Origin: an uncultured virus (IMG/VR IMGVR_UViG_3300010883_027406)
Lineage: Duplodnaviria; Heunggongvirae; Uroviricota; Caudoviricetes
Length of the DNA: 64,000 nt
IMG/VR virus record: IMGVR_UViG_3300010883_027406
Location: 21,365 to 85,364 of that record
Direction: 5' to 3' (one strand)
The stretch's first letter is position 1. The number at the start of each line of letters is the position of its first letter. The position numbers and the translations under genes were made by a program. Below, one piece after another: positions 46,987 to 56,616 of the stretch. The notes under the pieces are model-generated. The model saw nothing but the letters and a program-made list of their open reading frames with translations. It was not told where the DNA came from and did not search any database.

Positions 46987-47838
46987 ATGAAAAACTTTAT
47001 ATTTGTTTTTGCTTTTCTCTTTGCCATCGCTGGCGTTTGCGATTCCTCTTTTGCTCAATCTCCTGATTCCGATTTAAAGTGGAATCGTTGGACGACTAAT
47101 AACTTTGTCATATTAAGTATTGACAAAGATCAGGGAGATTATTTGTTTAACAATATTGAGAACATCAAAGAAGCGGCAGTTTCTAAGTGGGGTATAAAAA
47201 ACTCAGCATTCGAGAATAGGTGCAAAATTATGGTGGTTAAAGACAAGGGCCTGTTTGAAAGGATGTTTAGAATTGATGAAACACGAGTAGAGATTAGAAA
47301 AAATGGTGATGGAAGCACACAGGCGATAATTTGGTGTTTGATAGACGGCAGTTCTATTGATGTTCCTATTTCTGTGGCAGTTTCCGAGGCTCATTTTTAT
47401 TCCAAAAAAGATTATGGATGTTTTTGGGCCAGCAAGGGGATGTCGCTGCTTGCTCAGTCATTGCCTGATATCAGAGCAGGAGCAAAGAGAGTCAATGGTT
47501 TCATAGTAGAAGATAAACCAATGTATTTTGGAAAATCTATTTTCAACATTAATAGGTCGCAATATAAGAAATTGAGTGTGGAACACAAGCAATTGTTTGA
47601 TGATGAAAGTGTTTTGCTTTGTTTGATGTTAAGAAAAGAATTTGGACAAGTTAAATTTCTTTCTTTTATTGAAGAAGCAGGTCGTGGCGATATTGAAAAA
47701 TCTCTTAAAGTGTTTGGATTTGATGGTTTTAGTGATTTTGATGTTTCTTTTAAAACTTATATGAATGATGTCTCTAGAGACGTTTTTGATGATAAGACTC
47801 CTGATTCTTATCTCGGCATAAAAGCTGTTTCCCAATAA
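46987..47838 (+). CDS. exported protein, possibly degenerate peptidase MA-like fold
   Basis: signal peptide ending SFA; T.NFVI, W..KGMS, SV.LC..L..EFG..KF..F; no HExxH. Confidence 0.5.
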   Translation: MKNFIFVFAFLFAIAGVCDSSFAQSPDSDLKWNRWTTNNFVILSIDKDQGDYLFNNIENIKEAAVSKWGIKNSAFENRCKIMVVKDKGLFERMFRIDETRVEIRKNGDGSTQAIIWCLIDGSSIDVPISVAVSEAHFYSKKDYGCFWASKGMSLLAQSLPDIRAGAKRVNGFIVEDKPMYFGKSIFNINRSQYKKLSVEHKQLFDDESVLLCLMLRKEFGQVKFLSFIEEAGRGDIEKSLKVFGFDGFSDFDVSFKTYMNDVSRDVFDDKTPDSYLGIKAVSQ

Positions 47839-47899
47839 TGTATTTGTATGGATGTGTGATATATAAATTATAGAATTTAATATTTACTGGAGGTTCAAA

Positions 47900-48151
47900 A
47901 TGCTTTCTATATTGGGATGGGTCATATACGGCCTTATTGTTGGTCTTGTTGCTAAGTCGTTGCATCCAGGGGAAGATCCGGTTGGGTTTTTGCCTACCGT
48001 AGGGATTGGCATCGCTGGAAGTTATGTCGGTGGTCTTGTTAATTGGTCCATTGGACACGGAGATCCTTTTCAGCCTTCTGGCATTATAATGGGTGTAGTT
48101 GGCGGCGTTCTATTTTGTTGGTTATATAGAAAATGGAAAATGAATCAGTAA
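47900..48151 (+). CDS. GlsB/YeaQ/YmgE transglycosylase-associated membrane protein
   Basis: WVIYGLIVGLVAK..HPG...G...T..IGIAGS.VGG. Confidence 0.9.
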   Translation: MLSILGWVIYGLIVGLVAKSLHPGEDPVGFLPTVGIGIAGSYVGGLVNWSIGHGDPFQPSGIIMGVVGGVLFCWLYRKWKMNQ

Positions 48152-48387
48152 TGATTTTAAAAGATGATGATAGTGATCTTTTAAATGGTTTTAAAAAAAG
48201 ATATGATGGTGTTCATCCATTAATGTTTTTAAGATCCTTGGAGAGGTCTAAATCTCCGGGCGATTTATTTGATATTTTAGAAACGGTGCCCAATGATTTT
48301 CCAATTGCTTGGCATGAGGACAAGTGTAGGTGGGTGCATGTGTCTGATTTTATGCAATCTATTTTTCCCAAGGGCTGGCTGGAGTGA
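48133..48387 (+). CDS. hypothetical protein
   Basis: 84 aa in tight gene run. Confidence 0.65.
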   Translation: MENESVMILKDDDSDLLNGFKKRYDGVHPLMFLRSLERSKSPGDLFDILETVPNDFPIAWHEDKCRWVHVSDFMQSIFPKGWLE

Positions 48388-48572
48388 AAGTTCTAATTTT
48401 TTTTATAGTTTCAATCATTTTAAGTCCTCCATCTTTTTCTTCTGATAAAAAAATGGAGGGCTACCATAAGATGCAGAGGCCTTCGCAAATAGAATCCGAC
48501 AATGGTTTGACTCGTCCTTCTCATATTTTTTCTAGGGGAATCTATAAACCTAGAATTTTCCCTACCTATTAA
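48384..48572 (+). CDS. small exported hypothetical protein
   Basis: GTGA overlap; signal-like N-terminus. Confidence 0.5.
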   Translation: MKVLIFFIVSIILSPPSFSSDKKMEGYHKMQRPSQIESDNGLTRPSHIFSRGIYKPRIFPTY

Positions 48573-48577
48573 ATAAA

Positions 48578-49162
48578 ATGTGGCTTCAAGAAGAATATTT
48601 TAATAGACACGGCATTGATGCGTTGCTTCCTTTACACGCTAAGAAAGGATGCATATTTTTGGGGCCAACGGATAATTTTTCTCCGAATAAAGTTTTCTTT
48701 ATTTCTTTTGAATGGATAGAAGGGAAGTTTCATCCGGGCAGGTATGTTTTTAATTACTTTAGACCTATTCACAACGGCTGCCGAGCGCATAGATTTTTCG
48801 AGTCAATAAAAATATTTAATTTGCATAGTGACGAATATGAAGATTATTGGGTCAAATTAAATAAAGGCAATAGATTTTTTCCTATAACTTCTAGTCAGCA
48901 GGTTCAACTTATGGCATGGAGTATTTTTCTTTTTTGTTATGATGAGTGGGCATCTAAAAATGGTTTGCATGATTTGTTTTTTGAGACAATAAATCCATTG
49001 GTTAGCGAAGAAAAAAGGATGAGGCTTTATAAAAAGTCGCTTCTTTATTTGAGGAATCATTACCCCTCAGTTCATTCTAATTATGATAATCAGGTGTTGA
49101 GTAAAGTGAGGCACTATTCTTATTGGGCGGCTAAGTTAATCGGTACCACCACAGGAGCGTGA
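48578..49162 (+). CDS. hypothetical protein
   Basis: 194 aa. Confidence 0.7.
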   Translation: MWLQEEYFNRHGIDALLPLHAKKGCIFLGPTDNFSPNKVFFISFEWIEGKFHPGRYVFNYFRPIHNGCRAHRFFESIKIFNLHSDEYEDYWVKLNKGNRFFPITSSQQVQLMAWSIFLFCYDEWASKNGLHDLFFETINPLVSEEKRMRLYKKSLLYLRNHYPSVHSNYDNQVLSKVRHYSYWAAKLIGTTTGA

Positions 49163-49163
49163 G

Positions 49164-49376
49164 ATGATAGACGACAATTTTATTGAATATAAGGAGCTTA
49201 AATATGGTTTTAAGTATGGGGCCGCAAAAGTAACACGGCTGTTTTCTGATGAAAAGAAGGGTTGGGTGACTTTGGGTGTTGAAACTCCTAAATCTGTGAT
49301 TCAAGTATATGTAACTAAAACGGGCAAAATAAGAATACATTCCAGTGACGGCGGCGAGTGGCTTGAGTCAAAATGA
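49164..49376 (+). CDS. hypothetical protein
   Basis: 70 aa, AGGAG SD. Confidence 0.7.
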   Translation: MIDDNFIEYKELKYGFKYGAAKVTRLFSDEKKGWVTLGVETPKSVIQVYVTKTGKIRIHSSDGGEWLESK

Positions 49377-49426
49377 TGAATTATATTCGCATTGATTTGT
49401 TTTTGTTTTTTTTATAATCTTATATT

Positions 49427-50083
49427 ATGTTGATTAACTTTGGTAGAAAAAAAGAATTCGATCCCTCTCATTCGCCATATGCGTCCCTAACGGCGGGGGC
49501 ATATGCGGTTGACGGAGAAAAGATCTCTTGGGTTAAGTGCCGTGAACAGTTTGCTGTTAAATTTTCTCATAGTGTAGATGGGATATATTTTGTGCATAAA
49601 AAAGGGCAAGGCGAATCTGTTGCTGCATTCATACTTCAGGCTGAGAAGGTGTTGGGGATTCATTATAAGGAAAGATCAATTTTTAGCAAAACTAACAAGG
49701 ATAGTGTAATTTGGGTAAGCGTTTCTTGTTTTTGGAAAGAATGTGAATTGAGAAGATCTTTATTTACAATTTTACTTCGGGCTGGGATGGATTATTCTAT
49801 AGAAAAAAATAATTTTTCTAAAACTCTTTTTTCCAACTTATATGTTAGGCAAACAGAAGTAGCTATTAAAAGGTTTTTTTTTGGTTTTGTTGATTTTAGA
49901 ATACAAATGGTTACAACTCATTATGCTGGCGACCACCGTATGGCTCCGTCGCAAATTTCTCGCAAGGGATGGGTGAATACATTTAAAGATGCTGGGTTTA
50001 AGGATGTTAAAAAGATATTAGTTAAACCGGCCAAAAAGAATCCTGAAGATAATTTTTTGGCTGTGGGAACATTGTGGGCTTAA
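49427..50083 (+). CDS. hypothetical protein
   Basis: 218 aa; TATAAT 8 nt upstream. Confidence 0.7.
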   Translation: MLINFGRKKEFDPSHSPYASLTAGAYAVDGEKISWVKCREQFAVKFSHSVDGIYFVHKKGQGESVAAFILQAEKVLGIHYKERSIFSKTNKDSVIWVSVSCFWKECELRRSLFTILLRAGMDYSIEKNNFSKTLFSNLYVRQTEVAIKRFFFGFVDFRIQMVTTHYAGDHRMAPSQISRKGWVNTFKDAGFKDVKKILVKPAKKNPEDNFLAVGTLWA

Positions 50084-50085
50084 AA

Positions 50086-50586
50086 ATGAACAAATTAGGT
50101 GCAACAAAAGAAAAGGATTCATGGAACGGTCGTGATGATCGGATAAGATGGTGCGTCAAAACTGATCTAGATTCCATAGCACGTCTGGAGCTTCATGACG
50201 GCCAGTCGATGTGGAATAGGGGAGATATATTGGATTCATTGCGACAACGTCATGTAATTGGAAATGTTTTTGAGAAAGAAGGCAAGGTTGTAGCTTTTAT
50301 TGCTTATAAGCTATCTGAAAATTGCTATGATATTTTAACGCTAGTCACAGATCCTTTGTATAGAAAAATGGGGATTGCCACTAAGTTGGTTGAGAGGATG
50401 GAAGAAAAAATTGCACATCTCGGCAAAAGAAAGTTTATAGAAATTAGATTAAGGGATATCAATCTTCACGCACAAAATTTTCTTAAAAAGTTAGGTTTTT
50501 CGGCTGTGGAAGTTTTTCCAAAGTATTACGAAGATTATTCACAGGATTGTTATTTGTTTAGAAAAGAAATAATTAAGGATGCATGA
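50086..50586 (+). CDS. RimI-like GNAT acetyltransferase
   Basis: DP.YRKMGIAT (motif A), N..AQ.F..KLGF......YY...D.Y. Confidence 0.88.
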   Translation: MNKLGATKEKDSWNGRDDRIRWCVKTDLDSIARLELHDGQSMWNRGDILDSLRQRHVIGNVFEKEGKVVAFIAYKLSENCYDILTLVTDPLYRKMGIATKLVERMEEKIAHLGKRKFIEIRLRDINLHAQNFLKKLGFSAVEVFPKYYEDYSQDCYLFRKEIIKDA

Positions 50587-51248
50587 TGGCTTATGTTTTG
50601 CATGAACGTTTTGATTCTTGGGCGGATACTTACGATCAGTCCCTAATTGTTAAGTGGAATAGATACATTCAGAGGAAGGTTTTGTCGGAGGTTTTGTTGG
50701 ATGATGAATTTAATCGAGTAAACGTTGCGGGCGGCAGCATTTTAGATCTTGCTTGTGGCACTGGGCATTTTATTCAATTAATGTCACGTTCGATTCCCTT
50801 CAATAAAATTCGTAAGGTTTTTGGAGATGATGAGAGGGATATTGAATTATATGGTATAGATGCTTCTAAAGAGATGGTTAAGCAGGCCAAGGCTAAGTTC
50901 GGAGACAGATTTGACATTCGCCATGCCTATGCTGATGATACAACATTTGAAGATGATAAATTTGACTATATTGTTTGCACAACTGCTTTTCACCATTTCC
51001 CTGATCCGTTGGCCGCAGTTAGGGAGATGAAAAGGGTATTAAAGGTTGGAGGTAAAATTATAATTTCTGATCTTAATATTTTACCTTTATTTGTTTTTAA
51101 TAGAATTATGAAAAAGATAGAAGAAGATTTTGTTTCAATGTATAGTCGGTCTGAGTTTAGGGGATTTGCTTATGACTCTGGGTTAAAGGTTATGAAGCAA
51201 AAGATAGTTGGGGCTTTTGGGTTGATGAGTGTTTTTGAGAAGATATAA
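50583..51248 (+). CDS. class I SAM-dependent methyltransferase
   Basis: ILDLACGTG, GIDAS..M, FD.I...AFHHF.DP...REMKRVLK.GG. Confidence 0.92.
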   Translation: MMAYVLHERFDSWADTYDQSLIVKWNRYIQRKVLSEVLLDDEFNRVNVAGGSILDLACGTGHFIQLMSRSIPFNKIRKVFGDDERDIELYGIDASKEMVKQAKAKFGDRFDIRHAYADDTTFEDDKFDYIVCTTAFHHFPDPLAAVREMKRVLKVGGKIIISDLNILPLFVFNRIMKKIEEDFVSMYSRSEFRGFAYDSGLKVMKQKIVGAFGLMSVFEKI

Positions 51249-51771
51249 CTTTTTTGCTTCTTAGAAGTAGCTTGATTTTGTTTATTGCTTCTTTTATAGA
51301 TTTCAAATTATCTGCTTTAACTTTTTTGTTAGTTGCAAATCTACTGTTTACATAAGTTTCAAGATATACAGATATTTTAGATCCATTTTTGTTTGGAGAT
51401 ATAGTTATCTTTGTTAATTGTTTTTCTATAGGACATTGAGTATCCGATAATTCAAGAGAATATATTACTGTTCCATTTTTTTTAATCTCTGTATGTTCTT
51501 TAAGAGTGAAGTTCCATTTAAGACTAAAGGTGAAAATTTTCTTTATTTTTTGAACATGGATTTTATCTTTTTTATGCCATAAAATCTTTACACCGTTGCT
51601 TTGAATGATATGCAGTCGGTTTTTTTCGAGGATCTTATGTATTTTTGCCACGCTGTCAGGGACCTCAATATGATCTTCTACTATTGCTTCGCCTGCGATT
51701 GATTCCGTAATGAATAGTAGGAAATAGATTATAACAGATAGGTATAAATGTTTTATTTTATATTGTTGCAT
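51190..51771 (-). CDS. exported hypothetical protein
   Basis: 193 aa, signal-like N-terminus; ATAAATA 7 nt upstream. Confidence 0.6.
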   Translation of the reverse strand: MQQYKIKHLYLSVIIYFLLFITESIAGEAIVEDHIEVPDSVAKIHKILEKNRLHIIQSNGVKILWHKKDKIHVQKIKKIFTFSLKWNFTLKEHTEIKKNGTVIYSLELSDTQCPIEKQLTKITISPNKNGSKISVYLETYVNSRFATNKKVKADNLKSIKEAINKIKLLLRSKKVISSQKHSSTQKPQLSFAS

Positions 51772-51806
51772 GGTAGATTATTTATGTGTTATTAGGATAA
51801 AAATGC

Positions 51807-51879
51807 GGCCCCATCGTCTAGCGGCCTAGGACACCGGCCTTTCACGCCGGTAACACGGGTTCGAGTCCCGTTGGGGTCA
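51807..51879 (+). tRNA. tRNA-Glu(UUC)
   Basis: acceptor GGCCCCA/TGGGGTC-A, anticodon arm CCGGC-CTTTCAC-GCCGG, T arm ACGGGTTCGAGTCCCGT; CCA not encoded. Confidence 0.97.
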
Positions 51880-51880
51880 T

Positions 51881-51913
51881 AATCCCCCGTCAGTTGGCGG
51901 GGGATTTTTTTTT
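51881..51913 (+). terminator. Rho-independent terminator after tRNA
   Basis: AATCCCCCGTCA-GT-TGGCGGGGGATT inverted repeat then T run. Confidence 0.9.
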
Positions 51914-52098
51914 ATTTACAACACGATATTATTAAGTATCATTTAATTGTCTGAAAAACTTTGTTTTCAAGATGCCAGCGGAGGACTGCTGGATTCGTTT
52001 TGAAGAGATCGATGAGCATGGTGGCGGATTTGTCTCGATGAAGGCGTGATTTCCTTAAAAGGATTTCGAAAGAAGCACAGGACGGCACTTTCGCCGCC

Positions 52099-52686
52099 TT
52101 GTACTTTTGCGCAGAGAGCGATTGCATGATATTACCCGCCGAAAACAACATTGGTGTTGAGTCTAATTTGAAATTAGCTCTCAAGGTGGCCTATGGGTAT
52201 GTAAAGAACGGCCAGCCAGTTAAAGATAGTGATGAATTTTCCGATGCTTGTATAGGACTTATACAGGCCAACGAAAATTACAATCCTGATTTAGGAGCTA
52301 AGTTTTCCACATATGCTTATCGTTGCATGAACAATGCTATCATTAATGGCATCAGGAAAAGAAATAGAATCAATCAACATTTTTTAGTTATAGATGAAAT
52401 TAATGATTTAGAAGGAAAAGTTATTAAAGAGGACAATGTTGATATTAAGAAATTGCTTTCTGGTTTAGAAGGAAGAAACAAAGATGTGATTGTTAGTCAT
52501 TATCTTGAGGGGGAGACGTTTGCGTCGATTGGTCGTCGGTTGGGAGTAACCAGAGCCGCAATTAGTCAAACGTGTGGTAAAGCTTTAAGTAAATTAAGGA
52601 AAAGTTTCAAAAGTGCGCCTGATGATTTTTCCATTAAGCATGTTGGGCGACAAAGACTGAATGGCGACAAGCGTTTCCATTTTTAG
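52099..52686 (+). CDS. sigma70-family sigma factor (regions 2 and 4 only)
   Basis: NLKLA.K.A..Y, GLI.A...YNP..GAKFSTYA, HTH TFASIGRRLGVTRAAISQ...AL.KLR; start uncertain. Confidence 0.88.
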   Translation: MYFCAESDCMILPAENNIGVESNLKLALKVAYGYVKNGQPVKDSDEFSDACIGLIQANENYNPDLGAKFSTYAYRCMNNAIINGIRKRNRINQHFLVIDEINDLEGKVIKEDNVDIKKLLSGLEGRNKDVIVSHYLEGETFASIGRRLGVTRAAISQTCGKALSKLRKSFKSAPDDFSIKHVGRQRLNGDKRFHF

Positions 52687-52739
52687 CTGAAGGAGATGAA
52701 TAAGATGTCGAGAACATCATTGGAATAAAGGAAATTGAT

Positions 52740-53270
52740 ATGCGAAGATTGCTAATTGTTTGGGTCATTCTTTTTTTTGCTTCTGTGTCGCAAGCGCAGG
52801 ATGTTAGCAATGCGACAATATCTCAGATCAACAGTTATCGCAACAGATCTAATCTTTCTGCCTTTGTTCCCAATAGCAAGTTGTCGCACGCCGCCCAGCA
52901 TCATGCGAATTGGATGGCAAATAATTATCGGATGGTTCATCTTGAGGGACAAAAGCCAAAAATTAATACACGGGAAGTGTGGAGTAAGTCTACTTGGCAT
53001 CCAATTAATCGGGCTGTTAAGTATGGTTATTTACAAGTAGATGTTTTAGCGAATCCCAAGGCCAACGATTATGTTGGCGAGATAATAGCTCATGGCGCAC
53101 CACGTTCTGGTCCGGGTCGTTTTAATTCTGTTATTATTGTTAGGGGGTGGATGAACAGCACCGGACATAGGAAGACTATTTTAGGAAACTACAAAGAAAT
53201 TGGTGTGGGATTTGCCAAGACCAGACAGGGAGACGCCTTTTGGTGTGTCGTGGTTGGTAAAACTAAATGA
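52740..53270 (+). CDS. secreted CAP/SCP domain protein
   Basis: signal peptide, IN.YR...L.HAAQ.HA.WMA, GEIIA, GWMNS.GHR..IL..YKEIGVG. Confidence 0.9.
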   Translation: MRRLLIVWVILFFASVSQAQDVSNATISQINSYRNRSNLSAFVPNSKLSHAAQHHANWMANNYRMVHLEGQKPKINTREVWSKSTWHPINRAVKYGYLQVDVLANPKANDYVGEIIAHGAPRSGPGRFNSVIIVRGWMNSTGHRKTILGNYKEIGVGFAKTRQGDAFWCVVVGKTK

Positions 53271-53449
53271 TTGATTCCGAATAAAGCATTATTTGTGATC
53301 ATTGCAAAAGTCGAGAAATGCGGTGTCAAACCCAATAATACGTTATTAAGTTGGATAATACATTATTAAGTCCACATTGAACTTTGATAAGCGGATATAT
53401 TGTGTTGAGTTTATTGAAACGACTGGCTTAAAATCAAGGAAGAATTTTA

Positions 53450-53992
53450 ATGAATATTTTAGATAAAGATGAAGCGTGGACAATGTACAATGAGTTCTTC
53501 TTACGATCAGCATTTCTTGGTACCTTGTCGAAGCCGTGTGTCTCGTCGGCATATGATGAGGAAGCTCAGAACACTGTTTGGAACGAATTCGGCAAAGCGC
53601 TGGGCAGCCTGAACGACAAAGGATTTTGCAGATGGGAAGCTGCCTCCGCTATTGATGCCTCTTATGAAGCGTCTAAATATCTTAATGAGTTTAATAACTT
53701 ATACAGATTATTGATGGATATTGCACTTGAGTGTGAGCCGTGGATATCGTCGGACGACGAGATCGAGTGTAAGGCAAGCTACTTTTCACAAATGGCCGGT
53801 ATGTATGATGATATTAGTCCAGAAGAATTGAGATTGAGTTACGCCGAAGGAAAATGCTATGAGGAGTCGTCGAACCGCTTTGTAGAACTAACAGTTGAAC
53901 AAACAAAATTCATAGTTTTGATGGGGTCAACAATCATCGAAAATTGTTGGTTGGAACTCCGCTCACACAATGAAGGCAAGGAGGAATTATAA
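53450..53992 (+). CDS. hypothetical protein
   Basis: 180 aa. Confidence 0.65.
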   Translation: MNILDKDEAWTMYNEFFLRSAFLGTLSKPCVSSAYDEEAQNTVWNEFGKALGSLNDKGFCRWEAASAIDASYEASKYLNEFNNLYRLLMDIALECEPWISSDDEIECKASYFSQMAGMYDDISPEELRLSYAEGKCYEESSNRFVELTVEQTKFIVLMGSTIIENCWLELRSHNEGKEEL

Positions 53993-53993
53993 A

Positions 53994-56168
53994 ATGAGCG
54001 ATCAATATTCAGGCAATACTATTGGCGGCACTTACAGGTCTAAACGTTCCAATGTTTTAATCGACATACGTCAAGCACTCAGAGAATTGGACACACTGGG
54101 AACAACTATCGACCAACTTGAGGAGTCCAAAGAAGTTTTTTCAAAAATAATTTCCTTAAATCGTCGGCATGACTCAACAATTCCCAGCCCAGCGAATCTT
54201 GATGTTGTCAGAAAACAGTTTGATGTTGTCAGAAAAAAAATGATAGCTTCAGAAAAAACTTGTAGTGAATTGGGCGAGCATTTCACAGTCCACAACGGTT
54301 CGGCTAATGATGGCTTAATCACGATGAAAAAAAACATCGATAAGCAGGATGTTATTGAGGAAGCTATTGAGGCGATTGAGTTTTCTGAAGATCCAATAGA
54401 GATTTTGACTCAGGATTATAGTTCCGAAGAAAAGAAGGAGTCTAGGAGTTATGCTTATCACAGGCTTGACGCCAATGGCAAACCGATAACTAAAGCCATT
54501 AACGCTGGCTTGTTCATAGTTCACGACAAGTTAATGGACATAGTTCAGGCTTGGAATGAGGGTTTAATTGATAAACACACTCAGTTGGTTCTTGTGTCAG
54601 TCGGTAGTGTTGAAGAAAATGGCGAAAAAATAAAGGTAGTGGACATCCTGTCCTCTAACTTTGACTTAATTCTTGAGAACACGACTAAGGAAATGGGCTA
54701 CGACAGTGTCCCTAGTTTCGACAAGTCACCGAGGTTTTGGCACAAGTCTATCCACACACTGAAAGAAAACAGCAAATGTGATTACAACGAAAATGGTTTT
54801 GTATGGTCTGACCTAAAGGGGAAAATTCAATACGCTTTTTTAGACTATTGCGGCAACAATAATTTTAAGTATATGAATTGGTACGAACAAGTATTGTACC
54901 CAATGATGAGCAACACGGCTCATGTTGCTATCAATCATTTTTCCTATGTTCGAGGCAATAGTTCATGGAGGGATATATGCAAAAAGTTTTTAGATGCCTG
55001 CTATGAAACTACCAATGCCATTGGTTGCTACAGATGGTTACAAAAGAATGGCAAAATGGATGATTTTAAGTCTAGGTACGAAGATGGTCTATATGCAATT
55101 AACGAAGCGTATGGCCATGATGATATAGAACACAGCGTGATTCAATTGCTAGGTTTTCATTCTATTGAATTAGGAACTCGTTGCACGCATGAGATTATCG
55201 ACAGAGTGTGTAAAAAAAATCCAAACTTGATGATGGATGGATCAGGGCCTGCAATCGACCGACTTGACGATGATGCGTGGTCTACATACCTCTCAACAAC
55301 TAGTGACAACGAAGTTGCCCAGCTTCACGCATTGAATTCCGCCTATGGGAGTTTGTCGTTGGAAGCGAGCCATAAGACTGAGCACGCAATAGAACATTTT
55401 GATTCCGCATTGATAGCCTCTGCCTTCTGGAAAGCTACATATCTTGACCACAAAAATCCACAAGCATTTGTTACAACGCCCCAAGCCGCCGAAGCGGTTC
55501 GGGAGATTACTAAAAACATAAAAAACAATAAACCAAGATTCTCCAATAGTTGGAAAGATGTACAAGACACACACGATAATATGCACCCATATGATATGGA
55601 TAGGTATGAATATCAGGGTTCGCAGGGTTCGAGTAAAATGGTAATCCACAAGTTCATTGTTTTCAAACAAGCGCCAAAGTTCAAACATAAACCCAATTTA
55701 TCGCTGGATCACCCCCGACAGACATCAACATTAAAGGGCATGCTTGAATACTCAACGATTTATGAACGATTTAGTCCACATTCAATGATGCTTCTGAATA
55801 TTGAAGAAACAGCAGCCGATGAAGCAGGAACGGCAACGAATTTTATTTTTGACGAAGATGGCTCAATAATGTTTGAGGGATTGAACCTGCATCAATCAAA
55901 TAGATTTAGTGATGAATATTGTGTAAAGGACGCCGCAAGGAGGATGAGCCACGCAAGTTCTTTGTCAGGATGCGTTAGAGGAATAGTTCAATGTTTTGAT
56001 ATCGACTTATTTAGCGAAGAAATGGATGAACACATGAACAACTGGAAACACATCCCTGCACTGCAAGGACTTACGTCGTCTGGGCTTGCCACGCCGACAA
56101 TGGAGTGCTTTGCCGATGTGTTAGCATTGCCAACATGCACAGAAGTGTTGCATGACGGGGAATCGTAG
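53994..56168 (+). CDS. large hypothetical protein
   Basis: AGGAGG SD before ATG 53994; YAFLDYCG could be a methyltransferase-like motif (weak). Confidence 0.7.
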   Translation: MSDQYSGNTIGGTYRSKRSNVLIDIRQALRELDTLGTTIDQLEESKEVFSKIISLNRRHDSTIPSPANLDVVRKQFDVVRKKMIASEKTCSELGEHFTVHNGSANDGLITMKKNIDKQDVIEEAIEAIEFSEDPIEILTQDYSSEEKKESRSYAYHRLDANGKPITKAINAGLFIVHDKLMDIVQAWNEGLIDKHTQLVLVSVGSVEENGEKIKVVDILSSNFDLILENTTKEMGYDSVPSFDKSPRFWHKSIHTLKENSKCDYNENGFVWSDLKGKIQYAFLDYCGNNNFKYMNWYEQVLYPMMSNTAHVAINHFSYVRGNSSWRDICKKFLDACYETTNAIGCYRWLQKNGKMDDFKSRYEDGLYAINEAYGHDDIEHSVIQLLGFHSIELGTRCTHEIIDRVCKKNPNLMMDGSGPAIDRLDDDAWSTYLSTTSDNEVAQLHALNSAYGSLSLEASHKTEHAIEHFDSALIASAFWKATYLDHKNPQAFVTTPQAAEAVREITKNIKNNKPRFSNSWKDVQDTHDNMHPYDMDRYEYQGSQGSSKMVIHKFIVFKQAPKFKHKPNLSLDHPRQTSTLKGMLEYSTIYERFSPHSMMLLNIEETAADEAGTATNFIFDEDGSIMFEGLNLHQSNRFSDEYCVKDAARRMSHASSLSGCVRGIVQCFDIDLFSEEMDEHMNNWKHIPALQGLTSSGLATPTMECFADVLALPTCTEVLHDGES

Positions 56169-56170
56169 TT

Positions 56171-56608
56171 ATGAAAATCATTTTCCTTGATATCGATGGT
56201 GTATTAAACACCATACGAACTGCCAAAATTTTAGGAGATCATTTCATTGACGAGTCCTGTGTTGCTCTTGTGGCTCATATCGTTAAAGAAGCAAATGCAA
56301 AAATAGTCCTTTCTTCTAATTGGAGAATTGACGAGGACGATAAAAAAATAGTAGAAAAGGCACTATCCCCTCATGATCTTGAAATTTTTGACTGTACCCC
56401 TGTAATTGAGCATCCGCCTAATGAGTCTTTTGTATTCCGAAGTAAGGAAATACAATCATGGCTCGATAACAACGCAGTTCAAAAGTTTGTTGTTCTTGAT
56501 GATGATCCAAGAGCAGACTTACAAGAAGGGTCTTTTTTCCAAGTCGATGAAACAATTGGTTTAACTATGGAAATAACCGAAAGGGCGATTGCTCATCTGA
56601 ACGCATAG
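56171..56608 (+). CDS. HAD-superfamily protein (Swiss-Army-knife RNA-repair type)
   Basis: IIFLDIDGVLN, IVLSSNWR, R..EI..WL, FVVLDDD, GLT. Confidence 0.88.
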   Translation: MKIIFLDIDGVLNTIRTAKILGDHFIDESCVALVAHIVKEANAKIVLSSNWRIDEDDKKIVEKALSPHDLEIFDCTPVIEHPPNESFVFRSKEIQSWLDNNAVQKFVVLDDDPRADLQEGSFFQVDETIGLTMEITERAIAHLNA

Positions 56609-56611
56609 ATA
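56605..56611 (+). promoter_or_regulatory. putative late-type promoter element
   Basis: ATAGATA-atacc-ATG. Confidence 0.55.
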
Positions 56612-56616
56612 ATACC

